64,000 nucleotides of DNA from an uncultured delta proteobacterium (GCA_963737265.1 CAVTRY010000007.1:384001-448000), one strand, 5' to 3'. Counted from the first letter of the stretch, positions 22,316-37,450 are shown. Notes: a model not told the origin generated them from the sequence alone. Numbers and translations are program-made.

Positions 22316-22689
22316 TCACTGCACCACCACCGCACCCGTCATTTTGGGATGGATCGTGCAGTAGTAGTTGTATGTGCCCGGCTTAGTGAACGTGTAAGAG
22401 AACTTCTCGTCCGTATCCATCACCTTGGACTTGAAAACACCTTCCGTGCTAACCGCGGTGTGAGGAATATCGTCGTGGTTGGTCCAGGTCACGGTGGTCC
22501 CGGCGGGCACGCTGATGATCTGCGGGCCAAAACTGAAGTTGTCGATCTTCACATCGACCATTTTCACCTGGCCGGCGCCGCCGGGAAATTGCTGTTAGAC
22601 GCCTTAACCCGCGATGATCCTGCGAACAGCAGCATCGCCATCATCACCGGCATCGCAAAACGCACCAGGAACAGATTCTTGCCTGTCAT
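22316..22689 (-). CDS. Amicyanin/plastocyanin-like type-1 copper protein (frameshifted)
   Basis: Signal peptide, GTTVTWTN..IPHT, YYCTIHPKMTG (H, C, H, M ligands). Confidence 0.92.
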
Positions 22690-22721
22690 TTTCTTTTCCT
22701 CTTGATTGGATGTTCTGGGTT

Positions 22722-23712
22722 CTACCCCAAAGTCGAGTCCACAACCGCCAGCGAATGCTGGCGCCGAACGTAATTCACATCGGTAATTCCCAGCACTCTT
22801 CGCAACTGTTCCGCCGGAACTTTCATCGGTCCCGGCGAATCCGCCTTGCCCGGCTGCGGCTGCGGGAAAGCCGTCGACATGGCGGTGTGAAAGGTCACGT
22901 TGCCTTCCACCTTCTGCATGATCTGGTGGATGTGGCCGTTCAGCACCGTGACCGAACCAAACTTCTTCAGATAGCCCAGAGCTTGTGCGCTGTCCTCGGT
23001 ACCCCAGCCCCAATCCGGATACACCGTCCAGAGCGGGATGTGCGCGAACACCACGATCGGTGTGCTGTGCTTCAGATGCTTGACGTCTTTTTCCAGCCAT
23101 TCCAGTTGCTCGCCGCCGAGCGAGCCCAGGCCGCCGGCCTTCAGGTTCAGCACGTTCACCAGGCCGATGAAGTGCACGCCCTTGTGATCGAAGCTGTACC
23201 ATCCCGCGCCCTGGGCATTCTTTCCGTAGCGTTCGAGATACGACTTGCCGTTGTCGTCCAGCACGTCGTGTTCGCCCGGCACGAAGAAGACATCCTTCGC
23301 GCTCGCGCCTTTCAGAACCTGATCGACGGTGTCGAACTGCTCCGGCCTGCGAGAGATGGCTGATGTCGCCGGTGTGCAGCAAGAAGTCCGGAGGGTTCGG
23401 CAGTCCGTTGATCTTGTCCACCGCCGCTTGCAGGGTCGCAACCACATCCGGATTCGCCGGCTTGTTGAAGCCCATGTGGCTGTCGCTGATCTGGACGAAA
23501 GTGAAGTCCGCACCCTTGCCCGCGTTGTGGTCAGCGGCTTTGCCGAAAGCCCGCGAAACGGGAATGCCGCCGCTCATAGTCCAGACCAATCCAGTACCAG
23601 CCCAGGCCATGCACTTCAGAAATCCGCGACGGTCAATTCCGTCGGGATCAACACCGTCGTTGTTGAGGTCTTGCATTCCCCGATTAATGAGATTCTTCAT
23701 CTGCTCTGTCAT
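22722..23712 (-). CDS. Tat-exported metallophosphoesterase (CpdA/Icc-like, frameshifted)
   Basis: DRRGFLK Tat motif, QISDSH, HTGD, PGEHD, FAHIP, NGHIH. Confidence 0.9.
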
Positions 23713-23742
23713 CTTGCTCTCCGTGGCATGTCGCGTTCTGAT

Positions 23743-23773
23743 GGGATAACCGGCGGCGCGTCGTTTTATTCCC
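23743..23773 (-). promoter_or_regulatory. Putative ECF-sigma promoter GGGAATAAAA-N11-CGGTTATCCC
   Basis: Identical boxes and spacing recur at 24304-24334; both lie just upstream of start codons. Confidence 0.7.
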
Positions 23774-23799
23774 GGCGCGAATCACAAAACTTCCTCAAA

Positions 23800-24249
23800 T
23801 TAACCGGGTCCGTTTACGCCACTCAGAAAGCCACCCAAATGCCCGGTAAGGGCGACGACCAGAACGCCGCACAACTCAACCACAAATCTGAAACGGAGCG
23901 ACCCCTCACCCCGCTTTCGCGCGCGGAAGTGAAGCCAGCAGACCAGCCAGATCAGGACCGCCGAGAAGCAGGCGAGGATCAAATGCATCCGCAGGACTCC
24001 CTTGAGCCTCTGACCCTCAAGTTGGAATTGCCACGCGAGGAGGCCGGTCGCGAGAACGGGTACGGTCGAGATCGCGGCGCCCACGAAGTTGTAGTAGGCG
24101 GCGTCGGCAAAGCTGCGCCGCTTCGTCCATTGCGCAATCAAATCGAACGCTACGGCGGCCATGAACAGCGCGATCGGAAAATGGATCAGCACGACATGCT
24201 GCGCGTGTTTGGCCAGGAGTGCCGCTTTTGGATCAAATGGATTTGTCAT
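23800..24249 (-). CDS. DUF2231 family membrane protein
   Basis: HVVLIHFPIAL, ATGLL, H in TM3, TGHLGG; four TM helices. Confidence 0.75.
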   Translation of the reverse strand: MTNPFDPKAALLAKHAQHVVLIHFPIALFMAAVAFDLIAQWTKRRSFADAAYYNFVGAAISTVPVLATGLLAWQFQLEGQRLKGVLRMHLILACFSAVLIWLVCWLHFRARKRGEGSLRFRFVVELCGVLVVALTGHLGGFLSGVNGPG

Positions 24250-24303
24250 TTTGCTGCGTTGCGCGTCGGTGATGCGGCGGTGATCCGTCGTCCCGCGCTC
24301 ACA

Positions 24304-24334
24304 GGGATAACCGATGCGGATGGCTTTTATTCCC
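24304..24334 (-). promoter_or_regulatory. Second copy of putative ECF-sigma promoter
   Basis: + strand GGGATAACCG-N11-TTTTATTCCC, about 55 bp upstream of the DUF2231 ATG. Confidence 0.7.
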
Positions 24335-24383
24335 ACGCGACCAGGTCTTGTGAGAGGGAAAGGAAACAGCGGGAAGGAACGGC

Positions 24384-29284
<4,901 letters not shown>

Positions 29285-29437
29285 CGTATGCTGCTGGGAG
29301 CACACGGTCAATTGTGGGCGGGACAGGGATCTGCTAGCCGCGTTGCTCATTATGATGCAGAAACGGGCCAGGGGGATTGCTGGCACGCGATTCCCTGCGC
29401 GGTTGGGGGAAACGCGCTATAGTCGGCGGTTACAAAA

Positions 29438-30856
29438 ATGTCGGCTGACGAGTTGCAGGAATTCGGGTTCTGGCGGCTGGTGCGAAGGCACGGGCGCTTC
29501 TTCGCGCTGGCGGGACTGGCCGCGCTGGGGCTGCGGCTGTTTTTCGTTTTCCGGTTCCCTGCCGTGGTGGACGATTCGCGGCTTTACGCGAACATTGCCG
29601 AGAACTGGATGCGGCACGGCATTTACGGCGTGACCAACTCCGGCGTGATTATGCCGACGCTGTCGCGGCTGCCGGGGTATCCCGCATTTCTGGCGGCGAT
29701 CTTCGCGATTTTTGGCGTGGAAAATTTTCGTGCTGTCTTGCTGGTGCAGGTGCTGTTTGATCTGGGCACATGCTTTCTGATCGCAGATATGGCGCGGCGG
29801 ATGTTTTCCGGGCGGGCGGCGAAGGTGGCATTTCTGCTGGCGGGGATTTGTCCGTTTCTGGCGAATTATGCGGCGACGGCGCTGACCGAGACGCTGGAGA
29901 TTTTCTTTACGGCGCTGGCCCTGGATCTGGCACTTTGCGGGCTGGACAGGCGAAGCGGGGCAAGATGGATTTGGCTGGGATGCGGGCTCGGGGTGGGCGC
30001 GGGGATTTTGCTGCGGCCTGACGGCGGCATTTTGCTGATGGCGATTGGGGCGTACCTGCTTTGGTTGCTGCAACGCAGCTTGCGGGCTGGTTCGAACGCG
30101 TCGCTGCCGGCACGAGTTGTCGTTTGGGCGGGAGTGCTGGTGCTGATTGGCGCGCTGGCTCCGCTGATTCCGTGGACAATTCGCAATCTGCATTCCATGC
30201 ATCGCTTCCAGCCGCTGGCGCCGCGGTATGCCAACGATTCCGACGAGGCGCTGATGCCGGGATTCAATCGCTGGGTGAAGACATGGCTCGCGGAATATGT
30301 TTCAGTGGAAGAAATTTATTGGAATGTGCCGGGACAGGAAATTGATTTATCGCGGCTGCCGAACCGGGCGTTCGATTCTGCCGAGCAGCGCCGGGAGACG
30401 GCGGAAATTTTCACTGACTACAACCGCGACCACAATATGACGCCCGAGTTGGATGCCCGCCTGGAGGCGATTGCCGCGCAGCGAGTGCACGCCGCTCCGC
30501 TGCGTTATTACGTGTGGCTGCCGGCACTGCGCATCGCCGACATGTGGCTGCGTCCGCGGTCGGAGTTGTTCCCTTCCGATCCGCGATGGTGGGAGTTCAA
30601 TGATGACGGACGCTGGCTGGCGGTCAGCCTGGCCTTGGGAGTGATCAATTTGCTGTACTTGGGCGCGGCGGCCGGAGGGTTTATGCGAGGGCGTGCGGTC
30701 GCCGGAATCGGCTTGCTGGTTTTGTTTGTCGTGGTGCGGTCGGCGTTCCTGGGCACGCTGGAAAATCCCGAGCCGCGGTATACCCTCGAAGCTTATCCGG
30801 TAGTGATTGCGCTGGCCTCGGCGCTATTTGCAAGTACCGGGAAAGAGAAGGCTTAG
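29438..30856 (+). CDS. GT-C fold membrane glycosyltransferase (ArnT/PMT_2-like)
   Basis: DSRLY after TM1, RLPGYPAFLA, LTETL, LLRP, PWTIRN, EPRY; many TM helices. Confidence 0.8.
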   Translation: MSADELQEFGFWRLVRRHGRFFALAGLAALGLRLFFVFRFPAVVDDSRLYANIAENWMRHGIYGVTNSGVIMPTLSRLPGYPAFLAAIFAIFGVENFRAVLLVQVLFDLGTCFLIADMARRMFSGRAAKVAFLLAGICPFLANYAATALTETLEIFFTALALDLALCGLDRRSGARWIWLGCGLGVGAGILLRPDGGILLMAIGAYLLWLLQRSLRAGSNASLPARVVVWAGVLVLIGALAPLIPWTIRNLHSMHRFQPLAPRYANDSDEALMPGFNRWVKTWLAEYVSVEEIYWNVPGQEIDLSRLPNRAFDSAEQRRETAEIFTDYNRDHNMTPELDARLEAIAAQRVHAAPLRYYVWLPALRIADMWLRPRSELFPSDPRWWEFNDDGRWLAVSLALGVINLLYLGAAAGGFMRGRAVAGIGLLVLFVVVRSAFLGTLENPEPRYTLEAYPVVIALASALFASTGKEKA

Positions 30857-30906
30857 GGAGGCGCGGTTTTAGGCCGCTTCACATCGCAGATTTCTGCATA
30901 TATCAC

Positions 30907-30934
30907 TTGACTTAGCCCTAAAGTGGATTAGCAT
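30907..30934 (+). promoter_or_regulatory. Sigma70-like promoter TTGACT-16bp-TAGCAT
   Basis: Near-consensus boxes between two convergent genes, with no + strand CDS downstream. Confidence 0.55.
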
Positions 30935-30940
30935 AGAGAT

Positions 30941-31024
30941 ATCACCTCCGATCCAGTTCAGGATCGAATGGGCCGATAGCCAAGGAATGTCACCGCTTCT
31001 TGGTTGCCGGCCCATTTTGATTTT
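30941..31024 (+). ncRNA. Candidate small RNA, about 80 nt
   Basis: Promoter upstream, 5' ATCACCTCC, hairpin CGATCC/GGATCG, long hairpin closed by AATGGGCCG/CGGCCCATT, then TTTTGATTTT. Confidence 0.55.
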
Positions 31025-31042
31025 GCCGGCTTTATCCCGGAA

Positions 31043-32761
31043 CTACTTCCCGGCTGTGAAGACGACTTTTCCCGCCACCATGGTCGAGAGCACGGTGGTC
31101 TTGCCAATCTCTTCCGGCTTCACCGAGAAAATGTCTTGCGAGAGGACGGCGAGGTCCGCTTCCTTCCCTACATCGAGGGTGCCGAGGCGATCCTCGGAGA
31201 ACCGTGCGTAGGCTGAACCTTGGGTATAGGCGTTCACGGCCTGCTCGACGGAAATGCGCTCCTCGGGAGTGTAGGAGGTTGCGGTGGCGACGCTGCCGGC
31301 CTGACCGGCGCCATCAAAAACTCCTCCAGGAAAATCGTTGCCTTTGGCTGGACGCCAAATCTGGCGGGTGACGGCCTCCTGGATCGCGACGAAGGGATTC
31401 GGCGGCCAAGTGCATGGCCAGTCACTGCCAAAGGCCAGCGTAACTCCATTTTTTTCCATGCTCTGCCAGCGGTCAGTTGTGGTGCGATCGCGCGGATCGT
31501 AGTTCGCGCCATTTTCATCGCAGCAGAAGCTCGGCTGCATGCTGGCAATCAGGGAAAGTTTCGCCATCCGCGGGATGTCCTCGGCCGGAACAAAATCTCC
31601 GTGCTCGACGCGCAGACGGCGGTCGCGCGGGCCGTTGATCTTCTCAACTTCTTCGTAAGTGTCCACCACTAATCGCGAGGAGTCGGGACGGTAGGTATGG
31701 GTCATGATCTGGAAGCCACGCTTGTCCAGTTCGAGAACCAGCTTCTTGTATTCCGCCCGTTGATAGGTGAGAGGCGGGACCAGGCCAGTGCCTCCGTCGA
31801 CGAAGAACTTCACCAGATTCGCCGATACCCAATCGTCGTGGTAGAGCGAGCGCGCCTTTTCAAGGTCGGCGAGAAAGTTCGGGGTCAGATGATGATTCAC
31901 GGCGACAGCACCGAACGAAGTTCGCGTTCGGACCGTAAGTTGGCCGCGATCACGGAGCGCGGCGTAGAGCTGAATCTCCGCCAGATTGCCGGTGGCGTTG
32001 GTGACGCTGGTGATGCCGAAGCTGTTCAGGTGATGGGAAGCATCGCGCAGCAACGCGAGCTTCTGATCTTGCGAGAATTCGTTGGTGAGGGCGCGCTCCA
32101 TGATCGCCATGGCGGCTTCCAGCAGCACGCCGCTGGGATGCCCGCTGGCGTCGCGGATAATATATTTCTCTTCCGCCGGATCGGCGACGGGGTCATCGGT
32201 AATGCCCGCCAGAGCGAGTGCTTTCGCGTTCACCCAGAGGGCGTGCTCCGCCGTGTAGTGCACGACCACAGGCCGGTCTGGAACCGCGCGGTCCAACAAT
32301 TCATGCGTCGGCGTCGAAGGGGGAGTGGTGCTGAAGTCAGCCCGGACAATCAGAATCTTGTCGTTGGGATGGGTCGCGGCGAATGCCTTGATGCGGGCGA
32401 CCGCGGCTTCGGGATCATCTTCAGGAGTGATGCTCCCCTCTGGAGTCGAGAGGTTGAGGCCATGCAGTTCGAGCGCCCCGAACCACATATGAGTATGCGA
32501 ATCGGAGATGCCGGGAATGACGGTGTGCCCGTGCAGATCGATAACCTGCGTCTGCGGCTGCTTCAGCTTCAGAATTTCGACGTCGGTTCCGACCGCTTCG
32601 ATCCGCGTACCGGTAATGGCCAGCGCCTGCGCCCACGGAGCTTTCGCATTGCCGGTATAGATGTGGCCGTGAATCAGGACAGTGTCGCTGGCGAGAACTG
32701 CGGGTGGAAAGAAAAGAACGATAGCTGCAACGCAGAAGCGGACGATATAACGTAGAGCCAT
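31043..32761 (-). CDS. Amidohydrolase family 3 (YtcJ-like), signal peptide
   Basis: PGISDSHTH, KFFVDG, RVEH, FGSDWP, GTLDVGKEADLAVL. Confidence 0.92.
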   Translation of the reverse strand: MALRYIVRFCVAAIVLFFPPAVLASDTVLIHGHIYTGNAKAPWAQALAITGTRIEAVGTDVEILKLKQPQTQVIDLHGHTVIPGISDSHTHMWFGALELHGLNLSTPEGSITPEDDPEAAVARIKAFAATHPNDKILIVRADFSTTPPSTPTHELLDRAVPDRPVVVHYTAEHALWVNAKALALAGITDDPVADPAEEKYIIRDASGHPSGVLLEAAMAIMERALTNEFSQDQKLALLRDASHHLNSFGITSVTNATGNLAEIQLYAALRDRGQLTVRTRTSFGAVAVNHHLTPNFLADLEKARSLYHDDWVSANLVKFFVDGGTGLVPPLTYQRAEYKKLVLELDKRGFQIMTHTYRPDSSRLVVDTYEEVEKINGPRDRRLRVEHGDFVPAEDIPRMAKLSLIASMQPSFCCDENGANYDPRDRTTTDRWQSMEKNGVTLAFGSDWPCTWPPNPFVAIQEAVTRQIWRPAKGNDFPGGVFDGAGQAGSVATATSYTPEERISVEQAVNAYTQGSAYARFSEDRLGTLDVGKEADLAVLSQDIFSVKPEEIGKTTVLSTMVAGKVVFTAGK

Positions 32762-32807
32762 ACTCCCTCCACACTTGAGCGCTCATCGTGAGACCAATGC
32801 GGGGTCG

Positions 32808-34279
32808 TCACGAGCACACAAAGGTCTTAACTTTCCTCACCACCGATTCCGGGGCATCGACTTCCAACTCCACGGCGCCGTCTTTGTACTTTCGCGAATA
32901 GATTCGGGCGTGGGCCTCGAGCAGAGATAACAGCTTGCCTTCGCCTTGCGGGATGCGAAGATGAACGAGGCTTACGGGATCTTCCTCGATCAGGGTATCG
33001 ATGCGGGCGAGCAAGTTATCTAGGCCCGTCCCTTCGACTGCGGAAACGTACACCGTGTTTCCTGCGTGAGCAGAGTCGGCGATCAGGCTCTGCGCGACTT
33101 CCACGTCGAGCAGATCGACTTTATTCATCACGCGCAGGCGAGGCTTCTTCTCGGCTTCCAATTCTTTCAAGACGATCTCGACCTGGGCGTCTTGCTCGGC
33201 AGAGAGTCGGCTGCTGGCGTCGGACACGTGCAGAATCAGCGAAGCGCGCTGCACTTCTTCGAGCGTGGCGCGAAAGGCAGAGACCAGCGTGTGCGGCAGG
33301 CTGCGAATAAATCCCACGGTATCGGAGAGAAGCACTTTGCGCTTCGAGGGCAGATCGACGCCGCGGATGGTGGGATCGAGCGTGGCAAACATTTTCGGAG
33401 AAGAAAGAACTCCGGCTTGTGTCAGAGCGTTGAACAGAGTTGATTTGCCCGCGTTTGTATAGCCGACGAGCGCGACGGTTGCGACCGGGGCGGACTCGCG
33501 GCGCTGGCGTTGCTGGGCGCGAATGCGGCGCACATTTTCCAGTTGCTGCTCGACATGGCGGACGCGACGGGCAATCTTGCGGCGGTCCGTTTCGAGCTGG
33601 GTTTCGCCGGGACCTCGGGTGCCGATGCCGCCGCCGAGTTGTGACATCTCGACGCCACGTCCGGCAAGACGCGGCAGCATGTAGTGCAACTGCGCCAGTT
33701 CGACTTGCAGCTGGCCTTCACGAGTGCGGGCATGCCGTGCAAAAATGTCGAGAATGAGCTGGGTGCGATCGATCACGCGGCGGTGAACAATTCGCTCAAT
33801 GTTGCGCTGCTGCGAGGGGCTGAGGTCGTGATCGAAGAGAAGAACATCGGCGTTCACCGACGCGGCCGCTCCGGCAATTTCTTCGAGCTTGCCTGCGCCG
33901 ATCAGCGTTGCGGGATCAGGCCGATCGCGGCGTTGCAAGAATTTGTCCAGCGACTGGAAGCTCCGGCGCTCTCGGCGAGCGTCCGCAACTCGGCCAGCGA
34001 TTCTTCGGCATCGAACTCGGGAATGCTGGGCTTGCCGTTGGATTTCGGAGCACCACCGGCTAGCCCGACGGCATCGCGCGCAGCCGCGGCTTGCGCCGTA
34101 ACAGCGCTCTTGGCCGAGCGGCCACGGGTGCGCACATCGATGCCTACCAGGAAGGCCTTCTCGCGCTGTGGCGGATTATTTGCGTTTTTCGCTTGGGCGA
34201 GTGCAGCTTCCGTGGCGAGAGGCACACGTCCGCCGGCGCGTGAAGGTACGCGGGATTTCTTGGTATGAGGACTTCCCAA
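32808..34279 (-). CDS. hflX: GTPase HflX (frameshift near 33950)
   Basis: [47 protein letters not shown]; downstream of hfq. Confidence 0.95.
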
Positions 34280-34291
34280 GCCGAAAAGGCC

Positions 34292-34609
34292 CTAACCTTC
34301 GGTGCCCGACGCGCTCACCGCTGCGCCCGACGAAGCCGCGGCAGCACCCACCGCCGCCTTGTCGGTATGCGCCACGTGCGGTGCATGCGACATTGCCACC
34401 CGGCCCATGACCACGGTCGAAATGGCGTGCTTGAAGATGAGTTGCTCTTGACCGTTCGCCTCCAGCACGACGGAGTACTTGTCAAAAGAACGGATGCGGC
34501 CCGTTAGCTTCACCCCGCTGAGCAGGTAGATCGTGATGCTCGCTCTCTCCTTGCGGGCCGTGTTGAGGAAGGAATCCTGAATGTTCTGCGCCGGCTTATT
34601 GCTGTCCAT
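34292..34609 (-). CDS. hfq: RNA chaperone Hfq
   Basis: [33 protein letters not shown]. Confidence 0.97.
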   Translation of the reverse strand: MDSNKPAQNIQDSFLNTARKERASITIYLLSGVKLTGRIRSFDKYSVVLEANGQEQLIFKHAISTVVMGRVAMSHAPHVAHTDKAAVGAAAASSGAAVSASGTEG

Positions 34610-34964
34610 AGCCGATCTCCTTATGTGTCAACAACAGATGTGCCCAACAACGTTTCCCGGATAACATGTTCGGAAACTGCACCGTCTTACACCACACTTG
34701 CGTGGGTCTGCGGAACTGACTCGCAGGCCAATGCAAAAACTACAACAGGTTCCCGTAACCTCCCCGCGGCCCAGGAACTTGGGGGACAAAATGGGCCAGG
34801 CAGAGCCTGGCAGCCAGACATAGGTTAACGATACTCGCGAACTCTGCTGCTTTTCAACTCGGAACGTATGCCAACTGCGCCCAGCCGACAATAGGGCGAC
34901 GTTGTATGGCAATCGCTTACAGGTTGACAGGGGCCGCGGCGAACGTGCAGACTTCCCTCGACCT

Positions 34965-35690
34965 ATGAACCACTTAGCTGCCGTCGCGTTCGTCATGCCC
35001 TCCCACACGGGAGCAGAAGCCACTCAGCTGATCCTGCGCTGGTTCCATTTTCTAGCCGGAATCACCTGGGTTGGATTGCTCTACTTCTTTAACCTGGTCA
35101 ACGTGAACTTCATGAAGCAGGTGGACGCGCCCATGAAGCCGAAGATCCTGCAGTACATGACCTTGCCGGCGCTCAACTGGTTTCGCTGGAGCGCGCTGGC
35201 CACGGTCTTTATCGGATTCTGGTACTGGGGCCAGTTTCTGGTCGCGCCCGACGCCCAGCGGGACGGCGGCAGCGCGGGCGCAACCATCGGATTCTTCCTG
35301 CTGCTGTGGATTGCGGTGTGGTTCGTTCTTTTCATGGTGATCAAGAAAATGGCGCCCAGCGGATTCGTCCTGGGCACGGTCACGACGATTCTCTGCGTCG
35401 CTGCGGGCTGGCTGTTCGTGAACTACACGCCGGTGGGCCAGAGCGATAATCACGTGCTCTCGATCGGCGTAGGCGGCGGCTTTGGCATTGTGATGCTGTT
35501 CAATGTGTGGGGCATTATCTGGCCGAATAACAAGAAAATTATTCGGGGGACGCTGGCTGGAACGCCTCCGGCGAACGCGGCCGCGATGGCGCGTCAGGCA
35601 TTCCTGGCGTCACGGACGAATTTCTTTCTGTCGGTGCCATTGCTGTTTTTCATGGCCACCAGCGCGCACTACGGAATTCTGGGAAAATAG
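34965..35690 (+). CDS. Urate hydroxylase PuuD-like membrane domain
   Basis: RWFHFLAGITWVGLLYFFN, WFRW, MLFNVWGIIWPNNKK, ASRTN, SAHY. Confidence 0.75.
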   Translation: MNHLAAVAFVMPSHTGAEATQLILRWFHFLAGITWVGLLYFFNLVNVNFMKQVDAPMKPKILQYMTLPALNWFRWSALATVFIGFWYWGQFLVAPDAQRDGGSAGATIGFFLLLWIAVWFVLFMVIKKMAPSGFVLGTVTTILCVAAGWLFVNYTPVGQSDNHVLSIGVGGGFGIVMLFNVWGIIWPNNKKIIRGTLAGTPPANAAAMARQAFLASRTNFFLSVPLLFFMATSAHYGILGK

Positions 35691-35885
35691 CGACGGGAAG
35701 CGCAAGTTGGAAAGCTGGACTCGTTCCCTCGCCCGAGGGGCTTGTGAAATGTATGTAAAATTCTATAGACCGTGCCGGAACTATCACTTCGGTCCCGGGT
35801 TGGATGGGTGTAGAATTTTGTTTTTCCTCAACGCTCAGGGTTCATCGGCCCCGGAAGGTAGAACTAGGAGTCTAAGGGGTGCAGG

Positions 35886-36533
35886 ATGAGAATCTTCTCT
35901 GCCTTAGCTGCCGCTTTGCTGTTTGGAACGGTTGCTGTCGTGGGTCAAACCGCCGCGCCTCTGCGGTGGGCGGAAGGCGCTCCCAATGCCACATCTGAGG
36001 TGAAAGACAACAACAAGGTTGAGGGCCTCAAGACCGATGACGCTCATGTCTTTGTCAGTCTGGCCGACCTCAAAGATACCGAATTCAACCGTGTCTGGTT
36101 GCAAGTGGCCAATCACAGCAAGGCACCGATCGATTTTGATCCGCAGTCGGCGATGCTGGTGAACGAGAAAGACAAGGTGGTGCGCTCCGAAGTGGCTGAG
36201 AAGGCAGCCAACTCCATTCAGAAGTACGGTGAAGCCAAGTCTCAAGAACTCTCGGGCGCACACTGCAACTACCTGGGCGCGGTTCAATGTGAACCAACAG
36301 ATACGCAATTTCGAATGTCAAAACAAATCCTCGTTGACACTGCGTCTCGAGCAGAGTGGGTTCGAGCTAATGCGGCGAGACGAAGAACGCTGGCTCCCGG
36401 CGAGGAAACTCAGGGCGCAATTGTTTTCCGTAAGGACAAGAAACCGGCTAAGTACTTGCTACGCATCTCGGTGGGCAGCGAGACTTTCGAGTTCCCGCTG
36501 AGTGCGCAGAACAAGCATCCTTCGTATGATTAG
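35886..36533 (+). CDS. Secreted hypothetical protein, paralog 1
   Basis: Signal peptide; closely similar to 36664-37323. Confidence 0.8.
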   Translation: MRIFSALAAALLFGTVAVVGQTAAPLRWAEGAPNATSEVKDNNKVEGLKTDDAHVFVSLADLKDTEFNRVWLQVANHSKAPIDFDPQSAMLVNEKDKVVRSEVAEKAANSIQKYGEAKSQELSGAHCNYLGAVQCEPTDTQFRMSKQILVDTASRAEWVRANAARRRTLAPGEETQGAIVFRKDKKPAKYLLRISVGSETFEFPLSAQNKHPSYD

Positions 36534-36663
36534 CAGGTAGTGCGTTGCGGACGAAAGGGCGGAAACGTGTGGCAACTTTTCGATACTAATGGGGCAGCAC
36601 GGCGAAATGAAGATTCGCCGGCCCCCTGCGAGAACTAGCAACCAATATTTAAGGAGACTTGAA

Positions 36664-37323
36664 ATGAAGGGTGGATTTCTCTGTACGGTACTGGCGTTTG
36701 CGCTGTTCGTTCCGAGTGGTGCTTTTTCTCAGGCCCCTCCGTCCGGTGCGCTGCGTTGGGCGGAAGGCGCGCCCAATGCCACGTCTGAGGTGAAAGACAA
36801 CAACAAGATTGAAGGCCTCAAGACCGATGACGTTCACGTCTTTGTAAGTCTGGCCGACCTCAAAGATACCGAATATAACCGCGTCTGGGTGCAGATCGCC
36901 AATCACAGTAAGGCACCGTTGAATTTTGATCCGCAGTCGGCGGTTCTGATAAACCAGAAGGACAAGGTTGTACGAGCCGAAGATCCTGAGAAAGCGGCGA
37001 AGTCTGTACAGAAATTTGGCGAAGCCAAATCTCAGGAACTCTCGTCGGCTCACTGCAACAACATTGGAGCGGTGCAATGCCAGCCCACGAACACGCAGAT
37101 GCAGATGTCGAAGCAGGTGGCGGCATTCACGTCCCAGCAGGCGCAGTGGATTAAGGACAATGCGCTGACCCAAAAAACGCTGGCACCGGGCGAAGACGTT
37201 CAAGGCATCATTATGTTCAAGAAGGAAAAGAAAGCGGCGAACTACATCTTGCGCGTTCCAGTGGCGGGGCAGACGTTTGAGTTTCCGCTGAGCGCGCAGA
37301 ACAAGATACCGTCGTACGACTAA
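36664..37323 (+). CDS. Secreted hypothetical protein, paralog 2
   Basis: SD AAGGAG, signal peptide, shared LRWAEGAPNATSEVKDNN ... FEFPLSAQNKxPSYD. Confidence 0.85.
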   Translation: MKGGFLCTVLAFALFVPSGAFSQAPPSGALRWAEGAPNATSEVKDNNKIEGLKTDDVHVFVSLADLKDTEYNRVWVQIANHSKAPLNFDPQSAVLINQKDKVVRAEDPEKAAKSVQKFGEAKSQELSSAHCNNIGAVQCQPTNTQMQMSKQVAAFTSQQAQWIKDNALTQKTLAPGEDVQGIIMFKKEKKAANYILRVPVAGQTFEFPLSAQNKIPSYD

Positions 37324-37450
37324 GCGCAGTTTCACTTCAAGCAGGGCGGCGCGGAATATTCTTCCGCGCCCCTAATATTTTTTCCTCGAACTTCCTGGCA
37401 AACGGGTGTATCCTCCCGCCTACTTCGCCGTCGGCGAGAAGGAGGTTCTT

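Noticed and set aside
30869-30934. 21-aa minus-strand ORF (MLIHFRAKSSDICRNLRCEAA) with perfect GGAGGTGA SD, as a type I toxin opposite the sRNA
   Set aside because: Not hydrophobic and rich in rare codons (CTA, AGG, ATA, AGA). Its SD and ATG are simply the complements of the sRNA seed and -10 box. Not fully excluded.
34610-34964. sRNA in the 355-bp hfq upstream region
   Set aside because: No convincing promoter-hairpin-terminator unit could be identified by eye.
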